In this document: positions 33,678 to 43,102 of the stretch, piece after piece
Layout of the letters: each line of letters opens with the position of its first letter
Numbering within the stretch: the first letter of the stretch is position 1
DNA from: an uncultured Actinomycetes bacterium
GTDB lineage: Bacteria; Actinomycetota; Thermoleophilia; RBG-16-64-13
Reading direction: 5' to 3'
Assembly: GCA_963706025.1 (NCBI GenBank)
Contig: CAVPLM010000003.1
Location: forward strand, 224,001-288,000
Length of the DNA: 64,000 bases
Program-made: the position numbers and the translations under genes
Notes under the pieces: model-generated
The model's input: only the letters and a program-made list of their open reading frames with translations
The model's database searches: none
What the model was told of the DNA's origin: nothing

Positions 33678-35940
33678 TCGCAAGCGGGAGGACCTAGTCG
33701 AGAGAGGAAGCATCTGGGACTGGGTCCCCACGCTGCTGGCCTTCCTGGCCATCTACACCACCCTCTTCATCTTCTACAGGCCCGACCTCCTCTTCAGTAT
33801 CACCACGACCGCAGGCGGCGATACCGGCGCCCATCATTACCCGGCGCAGTACCTCATCCAGGAGTTGCTGCCCAATTTCCGCCTGACCGGGTGGGCCCCG
33901 GGCTGGTACGCCGGTATGCCCATGCTCACGTTCTACTTCCCCTTCCCATTCTTGCTGATCGCCATCATGGATTGGTTCATGGCCTACGAGGTGGCCTTCA
34001 AGATCGGGACCGTGCTCGGCGTCTTCGCCCTGCCGGCCGCCGCCTACGCGATGGGCCGGCTCTGGCGGGTGCGGCGTCCTTTCCCCATCTTGGCCGCCGT
34101 CTTCGCCCTGGTCTTCCTGCTCATGGAGAGCTACTCCATCTATGGGGGGAACATCCTCAGCACGCTGGCGGGTGAATTCGGCTACATGCTGAGCTTCGCC
34201 CTGGTGTTCCTGTTCTTGGGCACCATGTACCGGGGGATGGAGAAACCGCACTTCAACATGCTCTTCGTACTGAACTGCCTCATCCTGATGGCCTTGGTCC
34301 TCTCGCACATAGTGACCACGATCGTGCTGGTCGGCATCATCCCCGGCCTGTTGCTCGTGAATCCCCGCTGGCGCTCTCTGGGCTATGTGGCGGCCGTGGC
34401 CGCGGTGGGATTCTGCTTGACTGCTTTCTGGTCACTACCGTTCGCCGCGAACCTGGAGTGGACGGCCCATATGGCCTGGGACCAGTTGAACTCCCTCGGT
34501 GATCTGTTGCCGGTGCAACTGCTGCCGGTCGCCACCCTGGGTCTGATCGGGATGGCCTATGCCGTGGCCCGCAAGGAGAAGAAGCTGCTCCCGCTCGCCT
34601 GGATCACCTTCATCACCCTGGTGCTTTTCTGGGTACTGCCCAACGGCCGCTTGTGGAACGCCCGCATCCTGCCCTTCTTCTACGTCTCCCTACACTTCTG
34701 GGCCGCCTACGGCGCCACCTGGCTGATCCGCCCCTTCACCGTGATGATGTGGGACCTCTTCCGGTTGCGGGGGGTCAATGCCCGGCGCGTCTACGTCCCG
34801 GTGGTGGCGATCGTGCTGGGAGCGGTAGTCATCGTCACCAGCACCACGGCGGCCGGATGGATCAGATGGAACTACTCCGGCTATGAGGGCAAGACCGCCT
34901 GGGAGCAGTACAACTCGATCAACGAGTTCATCGCAACGCTGGATCCCCCGGGCCGGGTGATGGTGGAACACGGGCAGAAGATCGATCAGTTCGGCACCCC
35001 CCGTGCTTTCGAGATCATCCCGTACTGGACCGGACTGCCCACCATGGAGGGCACCCTGATGGAGGCTTCCTACACGGCGCCCTTCCACTTCATCAACCAG
35101 GCGGAGCTTTCCAAGGAGGCGAGCAACGCCATCATCGGCGTCAACTACCCCTCACTCAACGTGCCCCAGGGGATAACCCATCTGCAGCTCATGAACATCC
35201 CTTATCTGCTCACGTTCTCCCCCGAGGTGACCGGCGGTGTCCAGGCCGACCCGCGGGCGGAGTTGCTGGCCACGTTCGGTGACTACAACGTCTTCCGCAT
35301 CTCGGGCACCACCGGTTACGTCGAGGTAATGAAGAACAAGCCGGTGCGGGTCGACGTTGAGGTGAGCGAGTGGCGCGACATCGCCGTCGAGTGGTATCTC
35401 ACCGACGCCGCCCTCGACACTCCGCTGGTGCTCGACAAAGGGGAGGAGGCACTTCAACAGTTCGCCGCCATCACCCCGGGCGAGGCTACGGTTCCCCCCG
35501 TGGAGCCCATCGTCACCGAGGACCGTGTGACAGGGGAGCTGATGGAGAACGAGAGCCTCTCCTTCGATACCACGGCCATCGGGCAGCCGCATTGGGTCAA
35601 GGTCTCGTATTTCCCAAACTGGCACGTGGAAGGAGCCGAAGGTCCGTATCTGGCGTCCCCGTCGTTCATGATGGTCATCCCCACCCAAAGCCACGTGACG
35701 CTCACCTACGGGCGCACTGCTGCCAATACCGTGGGTCAGACACTAGAGGTGGCTGCCTGGCTCTTGCTTCTGGGACTGGCCGTCTGGAGGGCCATCCTCT
35801 GGCGCCGGCGCAGACGGCTGGCCGGGGCGGTGCAGGACTCTGCACCGATCCTGGGCGTCGACTCGTACGCAGATGAAGATCCGATAAGTGGGCCGAACGA
35901 CCCCGACGACGGCGACTCAGGCGAGCGGACCAGGGTCTAG
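33670..35940 (+). CDS. Multi-TM GT-C-like membrane protein (PTPS-related/YfhO-like)
   Basis: GGDTGAH, GW.PGWYAG.P...FYFP, many TM helices, large extracellular domain with KVSYFPNW. Confidence 0.75.
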   Translation: MLDRKREDLVERGSIWDWVPTLLAFLAIYTTLFIFYRPDLLFSITTTAGGDTGAHHYPAQYLIQELLPNFRLTGWAPGWYAGMPMLTFYFPFPFLLIAIMDWFMAYEVAFKIGTVLGVFALPAAAYAMGRLWRVRRPFPILAAVFALVFLLMESYSIYGGNILSTLAGEFGYMLSFALVFLFLGTMYRGMEKPHFNMLFVLNCLILMALVLSHIVTTIVLVGIIPGLLLVNPRWRSLGYVAAVAAVGFCLTAFWSLPFAANLEWTAHMAWDQLNSLGDLLPVQLLPVATLGLIGMAYAVARKEKKLLPLAWITFITLVLFWVLPNGRLWNARILPFFYVSLHFWAAYGATWLIRPFTVMMWDLFRLRGVNARRVYVPVVAIVLGAVVIVTSTTAAGWIRWNYSGYEGKTAWEQYNSINEFIATLDPPGRVMVEHGQKIDQFGTPRAFEIIPYWTGLPTMEGTLMEASYTAPFHFINQAELSKEASNAIIGVNYPSLNVPQGITHLQLMNIPYLLTFSPEVTGGVQADPRAELLATFGDYNVFRISGTTGYVEVMKNKPVRVDVEVSEWRDIAVEWYLTDAALDTPLVLDKGEEALQQFAAITPGEATVPPVEPIVTEDRVTGELMENESLSFDTTAIGQPHWVKVSYFPNWHVEGAEGPYLASPSFMMVIPTQSHVTLTYGRTAANTVGQTLEVAAWLLLLGLAVWRAILWRRRRRLAGAVQDSAPILGVDSYADEDPISGPNDPDDGDSGERTRV

Positions 35941-35941
35941 C

Positions 35942-36871
35942 CTACTCGCCCGCCGAGCCTCGAAGCGGTTTGGGGATACCGGATTCGCAGGGCACCTTGG
36001 TCTGGCACAGGCCGCAGCCATAGCCGTCGAAGCCATATTCCCGCTGAACGAAATCCGCGGTCACAGGTAGGAGGTGCCGGGCACAGGCAGCCTTGTCGCG
36101 GCCTTCTCCGCTGATGGAGCCCACCGGGCACCGGTCCGCGCAAGCGGCGCACGTGCCGCGGGCGAAGAAGAGGCAGTGCGCGAAGGGGTCGGTGTAGGGC
36201 CTTGGAGTGGCCGGGATCTGCGCGTGGATTACCACCGAGCCGAGTCTGACCGCCTGTCCTCGCTTCGTTATCAACCCGCCCGATAGTCCGAACGTTCCCA
36301 GCCCTGAGACATAGGCCACATGACGCTCAGACCAGGTGCACGCCCGTCCGAACTGGGGAGAGGACTCCTCGGTCCACTGGCGGAGCAGCCCAGGGGCTAC
36401 CGCCTCGTATCCGCGAGCGCTGAGGGCCTCTACCAAAGCCCAGTGCAGGCGGCGATTACAGTCCTGGCCGAAGATCCGGGCTCGAGCCCAAGGCTCGGAC
36501 GGCAGCCGGGTCTGCGCGCGATTGGCGGCCTTTGTACTTTCTGTCTGACAGAGGGCCCAACTGATCACCGTGAGCTCATCCGGCCGGGGGTGGGTGGGCT
36601 GGTCGGCATCGGATAGCGGCCGATGCGCAGTGGAGCCGAGGGCGAAAGCCTCGGCCGGTGTCCAGTGGAAGGCACCGATGTGTTCTTTGAGGAACTCGTA
36701 GAGCTCGTCGGCGCCGCTGGAGAACCCCACCAGGATGTCTTGCCAGGCTTCGCCGGTGGTGCCGGGACCGAGGTTGTTGTTCTCCGGCCGCTGGAGGTGA
36801 TCTCGGATGAAGTCCTCCACAGCCAGACCGAGCTCCGGCCCGGAACCGGTCCCGGGCTCGGACGCGCTCAC
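35942..36871 (-). CDS. Epoxyqueuosine-reductase-like (QueG/RdhA superfamily) 4Fe-4S protein
   Basis: SERHVAYVSGLGTFG, GQAVRLGSV, CAACADRCP, CGLCQTKVPC. Confidence 0.7.
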   Translation of the reverse strand: MSASEPGTGSGPELGLAVEDFIRDHLQRPENNNLGPGTTGEAWQDILVGFSSGADELYEFLKEHIGAFHWTPAEAFALGSTAHRPLSDADQPTHPRPDELTVISWALCQTESTKAANRAQTRLPSEPWARARIFGQDCNRRLHWALVEALSARGYEAVAPGLLRQWTEESSPQFGRACTWSERHVAYVSGLGTFGLSGGLITKRGQAVRLGSVVIHAQIPATPRPYTDPFAHCLFFARGTCAACADRCPVGSISGEGRDKAACARHLLPVTADFVQREYGFDGYGCGLCQTKVPCESGIPKPLRGSAGE

Positions 36872-37278
36872 GCCGGCGCGGGCACTATCAGTACCCGCCG
36901 GGTCCTGGGACCGTCGAACTCAGCCAGGTAGATGCTCTGCCAGGTGCCCAGCCGCAATTGGCCTTGTTCCACCGGGACAGCCACATGGCAGCCGATGAGA
37001 CTGGCCTTGATGTGAGCGTCGGAGTTTCCTTCGCTGTGGCGGTAGCCGGCCTCGCGGGGGACGAAGCGCGTGAGACCTTCGACGATGTCGCGGGCCACCG
37101 ATGGGTCAGCGCCCTCGTTGATGGTCACGCCGGCCGTGGTGTGAGGGACGAACAGGTTCACCATGCCGCTCAGCGTCGGATCGGACTCGACAACGGCGCG
37201 CTGGACCCTCTCGGTGATGTCCACCAGAGCTTCTCGCGAGGGAGAAGAGACTTTGAGCTCGATGAGAGGCATGGTCAT
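36868..37278 (-). CDS. yjbQ: YjbQ/UPF0047 family protein
   Basis: PHTTAGVTINEGADP, HSEGNSDAHIK, LGTWQSIYLAEFDGPR. Confidence 0.9.
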   Translation of the reverse strand: MTMPLIELKVSSPSREALVDITERVQRAVVESDPTLSGMVNLFVPHTTAGVTINEGADPSVARDIVEGLTRFVPREAGYRHSEGNSDAHIKASLIGCHVAVPVEQGQLRLGTWQSIYLAEFDGPRTRRVLIVPAPA

Positions 37279-37380
37279 CGCCCCCTCTTCATGTGCGTGT
37301 CACACCTGCCGCGGCCGGTCGATGGCGCAGCCGCCGAAAAGCGGCCGCATCCCGATGACGACAAGCGAAGGAAGGGAGAA

Positions 37381-37453
37381 TGGAGGTAAGGGGACTCGAA
37401 CCCCTGGCCTTCGCGATGCGAACGCGACGCTCTCCCAACTGAGCTATACCCCC
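37381..37453 (-). tRNA. tRNA-Ala, anticodon CGC; CCA not encoded
   Basis: GGGGGTATAGCTCAGTTGGGAGAGCGTCGCGTTCGCATCGCGAAGGCCAGGGGTTCGAGTCCCCTTACCTCCA cloverleaf with G3:U70. Confidence 0.97.
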
Positions 37454-37508
37454 AGTCGAACCAATGACCACCCCGTGCGCGGCGGACGCGTATTTATAGC
37501 ACACGGGT

Positions 37509-37574
37509 GGAATCACCATCATCCTCGCTCCAGCTGCGCTTAGCGACTCTTCCCCCGAGCATGATGGTGATTCC
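37509..37574. repeat. Perfect 14-bp inverted repeat upstream of the tRNA
   Basis: ggaatcaccatcat (37509-37522) / atgatggtgattcc (37561-37574). Confidence 0.8.
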
Positions 37575-37713
37575 GAACTGAGCAGGCTGCGATCCCCGGC
37601 TGCCGGCGAGTCTTACGGCGGGCCGCATGGCGACGCGTAGAGGAACCCAGACGAGCGGTGACTGATCGCATCTCCGCGCGCCGGCGTCCGGCGGGACCAC
37701 GGGCAGCAAGGCG

Positions 37714-38481
37714 TTACTCGCTCGTTAGTTGCCTCTTCAGGAACGGCTCGATCAGATCGATTGGGATCGGGAAGATGGTGGTCGAGTTCTTCTCGACAGC
37801 GATCTCGGCCAGAGTCTGCAGGTAACGCAATTGGAGAGCGGCCGGGTTTCGTGACAACACCTCGGCGGCCTGAGCCAGTTTCTCCGAAGCCTGGAACTCG
37901 CCCTCGGCGGCGATGACCTTGGCCCGGCGTTCCCGTTCGGCTTCGGCCTGCCGGGCCATGGCCCGTTGCATAGTGCTGGGGATCTCCACGTCCTTGATCT
38001 CCACTATGCTGACCTTGATGCCCCAGGGGTCGGTCTGCTCATCGATGATCTCCTGCAGTCGGGTGTTGAGCTTGTCGCGCTCGGTCAGCAGGTGATCGAG
38101 GTCGGACTGGCCGAGCACGCTCCGCAAGGTGGTCTGGGCTATCTGCGAGGTCGCGGCCACGTAGTTCTGTACCTCCACTACCGATCGGGAGGGGTCGACG
38201 ACCCGGAAGTAGACCACGGCGTTCACCTTGGCCGGCACATTGTCCTTGGTGATGACCTCTTGCGCCGGCACGTCGAAGGTGACCGTACGCAGGTCGACCC
38301 TCACCACCTTGTCCACAATGGGGATGATGAGGAAGATGCCCGGTCCTTTGGGCGGGGACAGGCGTCCCAGGCGGAAGATCACACCGCGCTGATACTCGGG
38401 GAAGACCTTTATCGCCGACGCCAGTATGATGATCACCACGATCACCACGATCACGATCACTACCACTGTGCCTACATCCAT
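37714..38481 (-). CDS. SPFH/band 7 stomatin-like protein
   Basis: [47 protein letters not shown]. Confidence 0.95.
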   Translation of the reverse strand: MDVGTVVVIVIVVIVVIIILASAIKVFPEYQRGVIFRLGRLSPPKGPGIFLIIPIVDKVVRVDLRTVTFDVPAQEVITKDNVPAKVNAVVYFRVVDPSRSVVEVQNYVAATSQIAQTTLRSVLGQSDLDHLLTERDKLNTRLQEIIDEQTDPWGIKVSIVEIKDVEIPSTMQRAMARQAEAERERRAKVIAAEGEFQASEKLAQAAEVLSRNPAALQLRYLQTLAEIAVEKNSTTIFPIPIDLIEPFLKRQLTSE

Positions 38482-38490
38482 GACGTCTCC

Positions 38491-39957
38491 TTACGTCCCT
38501 TGGTCCTGTTTCTCCGCAGCCTCGGCGCCCGACCGACCCGGCCGGCGCACGACGAGCGTGAGTCCCTCTGTTCTTAGTACCTCTATTTGCTCGTCTTTAA
38601 GCAGGTCCTCCCCCTCGGTGCGGGCTTTCCACGTCTCTCCGTGGAGCCGCACCTGGCCCTGGGGACTGAGCGGCGAGATCACGACGCCGGTGGCTCCCAC
38701 CAGGGTCTCCGCTCCCGTGGCAACGGGTCGGCGTCTCGCTCGAGCCACCGCCTGGATCACGAACATGAAGAAGGCGAGGGCGATGACCCCGGCCGCTATT
38801 ACGACCGGCCAGCTGACCTTGAGGAATGATGCCGAAGTGTCGAACAGGAGGAGGCCGCCCGCGATGAGCGCGGCGGCTCCCCCGATCCCCAGGACCCCGT
38901 GGCTTTGGATGAAGATCTCGGCTACGAAGAGGATCATGGCCAGCACCACCAGGGCTATCCCCACCAGGCTGACCGGGAGCACCTGGAACGAATAGAAAGC
39001 CAGAAGTAAGGCGATGACCCCGCCGATCCCCGCCCCCCCAAAGCCGGGAGTGCTGAGCTCCGTGATGATCCCCAGGATCCCGATGGTCATGAGGATGTAG
39101 GCGATGTCGGGGTTGGCGATGACATGGAGGAAACGCTGGATCCAACCCATGCTGACTTCTTCGACGGGGGCTCCGGCGGTCTGCAGGGTGAGGCCTTTGG
39201 GGACGGTAACGTAGCCGTCCATGGCCTGGAGGAGGGCGGGTAGGTCGGCGGCCACGAACTCGATGACGTTCTGCTGCAGGGCTTCTTCGGCAGTGAGCGA
39301 GACCGACTCCCGTACCGCCCGCTCGGCCCACACGGCGTTACGCTCGTGGGTGGTGGCCAGGCCGGAGATATAGGCGGCGGCGTCGTTGGTGACTTTGGCT
39401 TTCATGACCTCGTCCATCTCGCCGCCGATTGCCACCGGGGTCGCCGCGCCCAGATTGGTCTGGGGAGCCATCGCCGCCACGTCCGAACCCATGAGGATGT
39501 AGACTCCAGCCGATGCCGCTCTAGCTCCCTGGGGATAGACGTAGAACACGATAGGTATGGGGGCGCTGAGTTGGGCCTGGATGATGTCGCGCATGGCCGT
39601 GTCGAGTCCGCCGGGGGTGTCGAGCTCGACCACCAGCGCGGCCGCCTGGGCTTCGGCGGCGCGCTCCATCGTCTTGACCAGGTAGCTCGCCATGGCTGGA
39701 TCGACGATACCCTTGGCCCGAGTGACCCAGACGGGGGCCCTGCCCTCGGCAGTTTGCGGCTGCGCGGCGACCTGAGATCCGCCGGCGTCGGCAACCGCCC
39801 GGGGCAGTGCCGGCAGTGCCACCAAAGCGAATACCGCCAGGAAGACCAGCATCCCCGCAACAACGGCAACCGGCGCCAACAGAGCGTCGCAGGGTGAACT
39901 TCTCCGAGCGCCACGTGCCCCGCCACACTGGGAGCTGTTCTGGCGCCGCGAGCTCAC
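38491..39957 (-). CDS. nfeD: Long NfeD (ClpP-like protease domain + TM + OB fold)
   Basis: LDTPGG, RAASAG, NLGAATP, TM block, G.V.LHGETWKA; paired with the SPFH gene. Confidence 0.9.
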   Translation of the reverse strand: MSSRRQNSSQCGGARGARRSSPCDALLAPVAVVAGMLVFLAVFALVALPALPRAVADAGGSQVAAQPQTAEGRAPVWVTRAKGIVDPAMASYLVKTMERAAEAQAAALVVELDTPGGLDTAMRDIIQAQLSAPIPIVFYVYPQGARAASAGVYILMGSDVAAMAPQTNLGAATPVAIGGEMDEVMKAKVTNDAAAYISGLATTHERNAVWAERAVRESVSLTAEEALQQNVIEFVAADLPALLQAMDGYVTVPKGLTLQTAGAPVEEVSMGWIQRFLHVIANPDIAYILMTIGILGIITELSTPGFGGAGIGGVIALLLAFYSFQVLPVSLVGIALVVLAMILFVAEIFIQSHGVLGIGGAAALIAGGLLLFDTSASFLKVSWPVVIAAGVIALAFFMFVIQAVARARRRPVATGAETLVGATGVVISPLSPQGQVRLHGETWKARTEGEDLLKDEQIEVLRTEGLTLVVRRPGRSGAEAAEKQDQGT

Positions 39958-40030
39958 GGTGGTGGTCGCCGTTCCCAGGTCCGGCGGCCCGGCCCAGGAT
40001 CGCGTCGCGCCCAGGATCGTTGCCGGCTCA

Positions 40031-40735
40031 TTACGTCCCTCGGCGCGTCCAGGCGGCGGGGCTCGGGGTGGGGTCGTTCCTCAGCACTCTCCGGACCGCC
40101 GTCTCTACCTGGTTGATGAGCGAAAGCAGGCCCCGCAGGTCGGCGCGCATGAGATAGATGTCCCCGTTGTCTCTGACCGGTTGGAAACCGTTGGACTCAA
40201 GGAAGTGGAGGGAGAAGAACTCACACCGCTCGTTGTCTTCAGGGCTGCCGACGAGACCGGCGAAGGCATACACTTCCTGGGCGCCTCGGTCTTTCAGTTG
40301 TCCGAGTGCCTTGTGCAGTATCCGTCTGGCCTGTGGTCCGGCGCGATTCTCCTCCGAGCGAAGGCAGAACAGGAGCACCGATCCGCGCTCGGGAGGAGCG
40401 AAGGGAAGACTCCGTAGCCGGGGGACCGCCGCCGCCGGAGCGTAATGGATGGAGGCGGCCGCCGTCAGGTCGGCCGACGAACCTCCCGGATCGTCCGGAT
40501 CCTCGGGCATTCCGCTGGACGCATAGGCGGGACGCGCTGATGCCTCGGTTCTCTCCAGGAGGAGTCCTGGGCTACCCCAGGTGGATTCGACCGCGATCAT
40601 CCACTGGCGGCGTTTCTCGCCGGCAGCGACCGTGCACTCTCGCCCACCACCAGGGATCTGCCACCACGCGCACGCGCGACAGACAGGCGGCAGCAGGTCC
40701 TGTCGAGAAGCGCAAAGAGGTAGGTAGTCGGGCAT
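40031..40735 (-). CDS. GNAT-like hypothetical protein resembling the actinobacterial Rv3916c type
   Basis: CRACAWWQ, WGSPG, YAP...PR, GAQEVYAF, FLESNGF. Confidence 0.55.
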   Translation of the reverse strand: MPDYLPLCASRQDLLPPVCRACAWWQIPGGGRECTVAAGEKRRQWMIAVESTWGSPGLLLERTEASARPAYASSGMPEDPDDPGGSSADLTAAASIHYAPAAAVPRLRSLPFAPPERGSVLLFCLRSEENRAGPQARRILHKALGQLKDRGAQEVYAFAGLVGSPEDNERCEFFSLHFLESNGFQPVRDNGDIYLMRADLRGLLSLINQVETAVRRVLRNDPTPSPAAWTRRGT

Positions 40736-40736
40736 G

Positions 40737-41153
40737 CTAGCCCTCCTGCGAGTCACCGCCCTCCGTCGGTCCGGCTATCTCATCGACGAAAAGCGTGACG
40801 TTCCCCAATTCGAGACTGAGAAGTCCGGTAACCCGGCTGCGCACAGCCTCCTCGACTTCACGAGCCAACTCCGGTATCACCACACCCCAGGCCACCTGGG
40901 CATGGATCTCCACGTCCACCGTCCCTGGCAGAGATTCCCGGATGAGCACACCGCCCGTGTGAGTCTCGCGCACGCGCGACGAAAGTCCCTTCCAGGCCGA
41001 GGTGTGGAGATCGACAATGCCGTGGACTGAGCGGGCCGCGTCGGCCACGTAGGTGGCCACCACCTCGTGGGAGACGGCGGGTCTCATCTCTTCGTAGGGT
41101 GTCGGACTGACCGGCAGGTCTCCAGACAGCCGCTCATCCTGCGACTGACTCAT
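40737..41153 (-). CDS. Asp23/Gls24-family protein
   Basis: VSHEVVATYVADAARSVHGI, WGVVIPELAREVEEAV, VTLFVDEI. Confidence 0.8.
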   Translation of the reverse strand: MSQSQDERLSGDLPVSPTPYEEMRPAVSHEVVATYVADAARSVHGIVDLHTSAWKGLSSRVRETHTGGVLIRESLPGTVDVEIHAQVAWGVVIPELAREVEEAVRSRVTGLLSLELGNVTLFVDEIAGPTEGGDSQEG

Positions 41154-41206
41154 GAATGCCCCCTGTTCAAGTGCACCATCCGATTTCCCTCGGTCTCGCT
41201 GCAATT

Positions 41207-42157
41207 CTATACCAATCGCCACAGGCTCGCCTCGGGCCGAGTCAGCAGGCGAAAAGGAAGGAAGCTGGTACCCACCCCGCGCGAAACGACCAGCAGGCTC
41301 TCTCCGCAGGTGTGTACTCCCCCCAGGTACTCGCCTTCTTCTCTGTGGATAGGCTTCAAACCGTGTCGGCAGGGCAATCGCAGCTGACCGCCGTGGGTAT
41401 GTCCGGCAAAAGCCAGCGGGAACAGACGGGTCAAAGGGGATCCTGCAGGCGGCGGCTCATGGATGAGGAGTATAGGGAAGTCGGAATCGGATCCGATCAG
41501 CGGACCAGTCACCGCCGCGCCCACCCCGTCATCGTCGATGAGCCCGAAGCCACCGCTCAGATAGTCGGCACCGCACAGGATGATATGGGAGCCCTCGCGC
41601 GCCGGCAGAGACACGCATCGGTCGACCAGCAGTGTGATCCCTGCTTGTGCCCACAGGTGGTCCGTCTCTCGGGGGCGCGCCAGAGGGTCTTTGCCGATCC
41701 CGTACTCGTGATTGCCGGTGACCGCGAAGGTCCCCAGCGGCGGTCGTAGCCGGGAGAGCAGCTCGAGAGACGGGCTGCTTCGACGGGGATCGCCGAGCAC
41801 GTCGCCGGTGAGGAGCACCAGATCCGGGGCGCGGGGCACGGCCCAGCGCACGGCCTTCTCGAGACTGCGTTCGTTCGTAGGGAAAAGGCCCGCGTGCACG
41901 TCGGAGAGATGCAGCACGCGCAGACCGGACCAGGCGGGCGGCAGACCGGGCACACTGAGTTCGGCCTCGCGGCACTGGACCCACTGGGCCTCGAAGACCA
42001 TGTAGGCCACGGTGGCCGCCCCTGCGGCCGCGGCCCAGTGGAGCGGCCGCGGCACGGTATCCGATACCGAGGCGCGAATCCTGGAGTCCTTGGTATCCGG
42101 CAGATGCCGGTAGTTTCGGCGGTCGATCATCGTAGCTATGGTAACCCAGGGGGGCAT
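41207..42157 (-). CDS. Calcineurin-like metallophosphoesterase (YkuE-like)
   Basis: SDVH, TGD, GNHE, LIHEP, GHTHGGQ, SRGVG. Confidence 0.9.
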   Translation of the reverse strand: MPPWVTIATMIDRRNYRHLPDTKDSRIRASVSDTVPRPLHWAAAAGAATVAYMVFEAQWVQCREAELSVPGLPPAWSGLRVLHLSDVHAGLFPTNERSLEKAVRWAVPRAPDLVLLTGDVLGDPRRSSPSLELLSRLRPPLGTFAVTGNHEYGIGKDPLARPRETDHLWAQAGITLLVDRCVSLPAREGSHIILCGADYLSGGFGLIDDDGVGAAVTGPLIGSDSDFPILLIHEPPPAGSPLTRLFPLAFAGHTHGGQLRLPCRHGLKPIHREEGEYLGGVHTCGESLLVVSRGVGTSFLPFRLLTRPEASLWRLV

Positions 42158-42169
42158 AGGGGTGGTATT

Positions 42170-43102
42170 TTGGGCATCGTGATCTCCAGCACACCTGATC
42201 GATCTCAGTATGGCCCTTCCAGGACCCGGTCACTGCCCGCAATCGAGGCGCAGTGGCTGGCGTGCGTCGCTCAAATGGCCTCCGCGGGTAAGGAAGCGAT
42301 CCGGCCACATCTTGGTAGAGCCTCGGGTAGGGTGGTGCTCGGGCAGGGAGCCGGCGGGGATCGCACGCTGGAGGTCGACCGAGTCAGCGAGGAAGCTATC
42401 CGGCGCGCTCTGGATGCCCAGGCACCGTTTCCGCATCGTCTGGTATCGGAGGAATCCGGCATCAGCGGGCCCCTGGATGCCGGATGGCTGGTGGTGGTCG
42501 ATCCTGTGGATGGCAGCCTCAACGCCAAGCGCGGTCTTGCGCCCTTCTGCGTCTCGATCGCCGTAGCCGACGGCCCCACGATGGGCGACGTGCGCGTGGG
42601 ACACGTCGAGGACTGTCTGCGTCCCCACATCTTCAGCGCAGTCAAGGGCTTCGGAGTGATCGCGGCCGGGGAGCCTGGGGTGGCAGTCGAGCCCGAACGT
42701 TTCGAGAGCGACCTGGTGGAGGTGATCCTGCTCGAAGCCGGAAGGCCCGACCGTCATCACTTCCGGTTCCATGATCTGAGCGCCATGGGCGCTGTGGGCC
42801 GAAGCCAGGACATGCGCATCCGTCAGATCGGTTCGTTGGCCCTCGCGCTGTGCTATGTAGCCACCGGGGTCGCCGATATCCTGGTTGCGGCCGTCCGTTC
42901 CCGCTCGGTCGATGTCGCCGCGGGGATTCTGATCCTAGCTGAGGCAGGAGGCGGAGTCGCCACTCTGGCCGGCGGGGACGTGTGGGATCAACCTCTCGAC
43001 CTGGAGAAGCGATGCGCCTTCGTCGCCTGGCGCGCGGGACTCGACGGTGCCGAGATCGTGGCGCGCGCCCGAGGGCTGCGGGAGGCTCTACTCCACCCCT
43101 AA
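42170..43102 (+). CDS. Inositol monophosphatase / FBPase-IMPase family; start approximate
   Basis: GAGGD.T.EVD, SEESG, DPVDGSLNA, IGSLAL.LCYVA.G, VDVAAG. Confidence 0.85.
   Translation: MGIVISSTPDRSQYGPSRTRSLPAIEAQWLACVAQMASAGKEAIRPHLGRASGRVVLGQGAGGDRTLEVDRVSEEAIRRALDAQAPFPHRLVSEESGISGPLDAGWLVVVDPVDGSLNAKRGLAPFCVSIAVADGPTMGDVRVGHVEDCLRPHIFSAVKGFGVIAAGEPGVAVEPERFESDLVEVILLEAGRPDRHHFRFHDLSAMGAVGRSQDMRIRQIGSLALALCYVATGVADILVAAVRSRSVDVAAGILILAEAGGGVATLAGGDVWDQPLDLEKRCAFVAWRAGLDGAEIVARARGLREALLHP

Noticed and set aside
37280-37453. tRNA-anchored genomic island
   Set aside because: No integrase, no duplicated tRNA 3' end and no composition shift seen
38425-38470. atcaccacg tandem repeat
   Set aside because: Only encodes the Val/Ile TM helix of the SPFH protein
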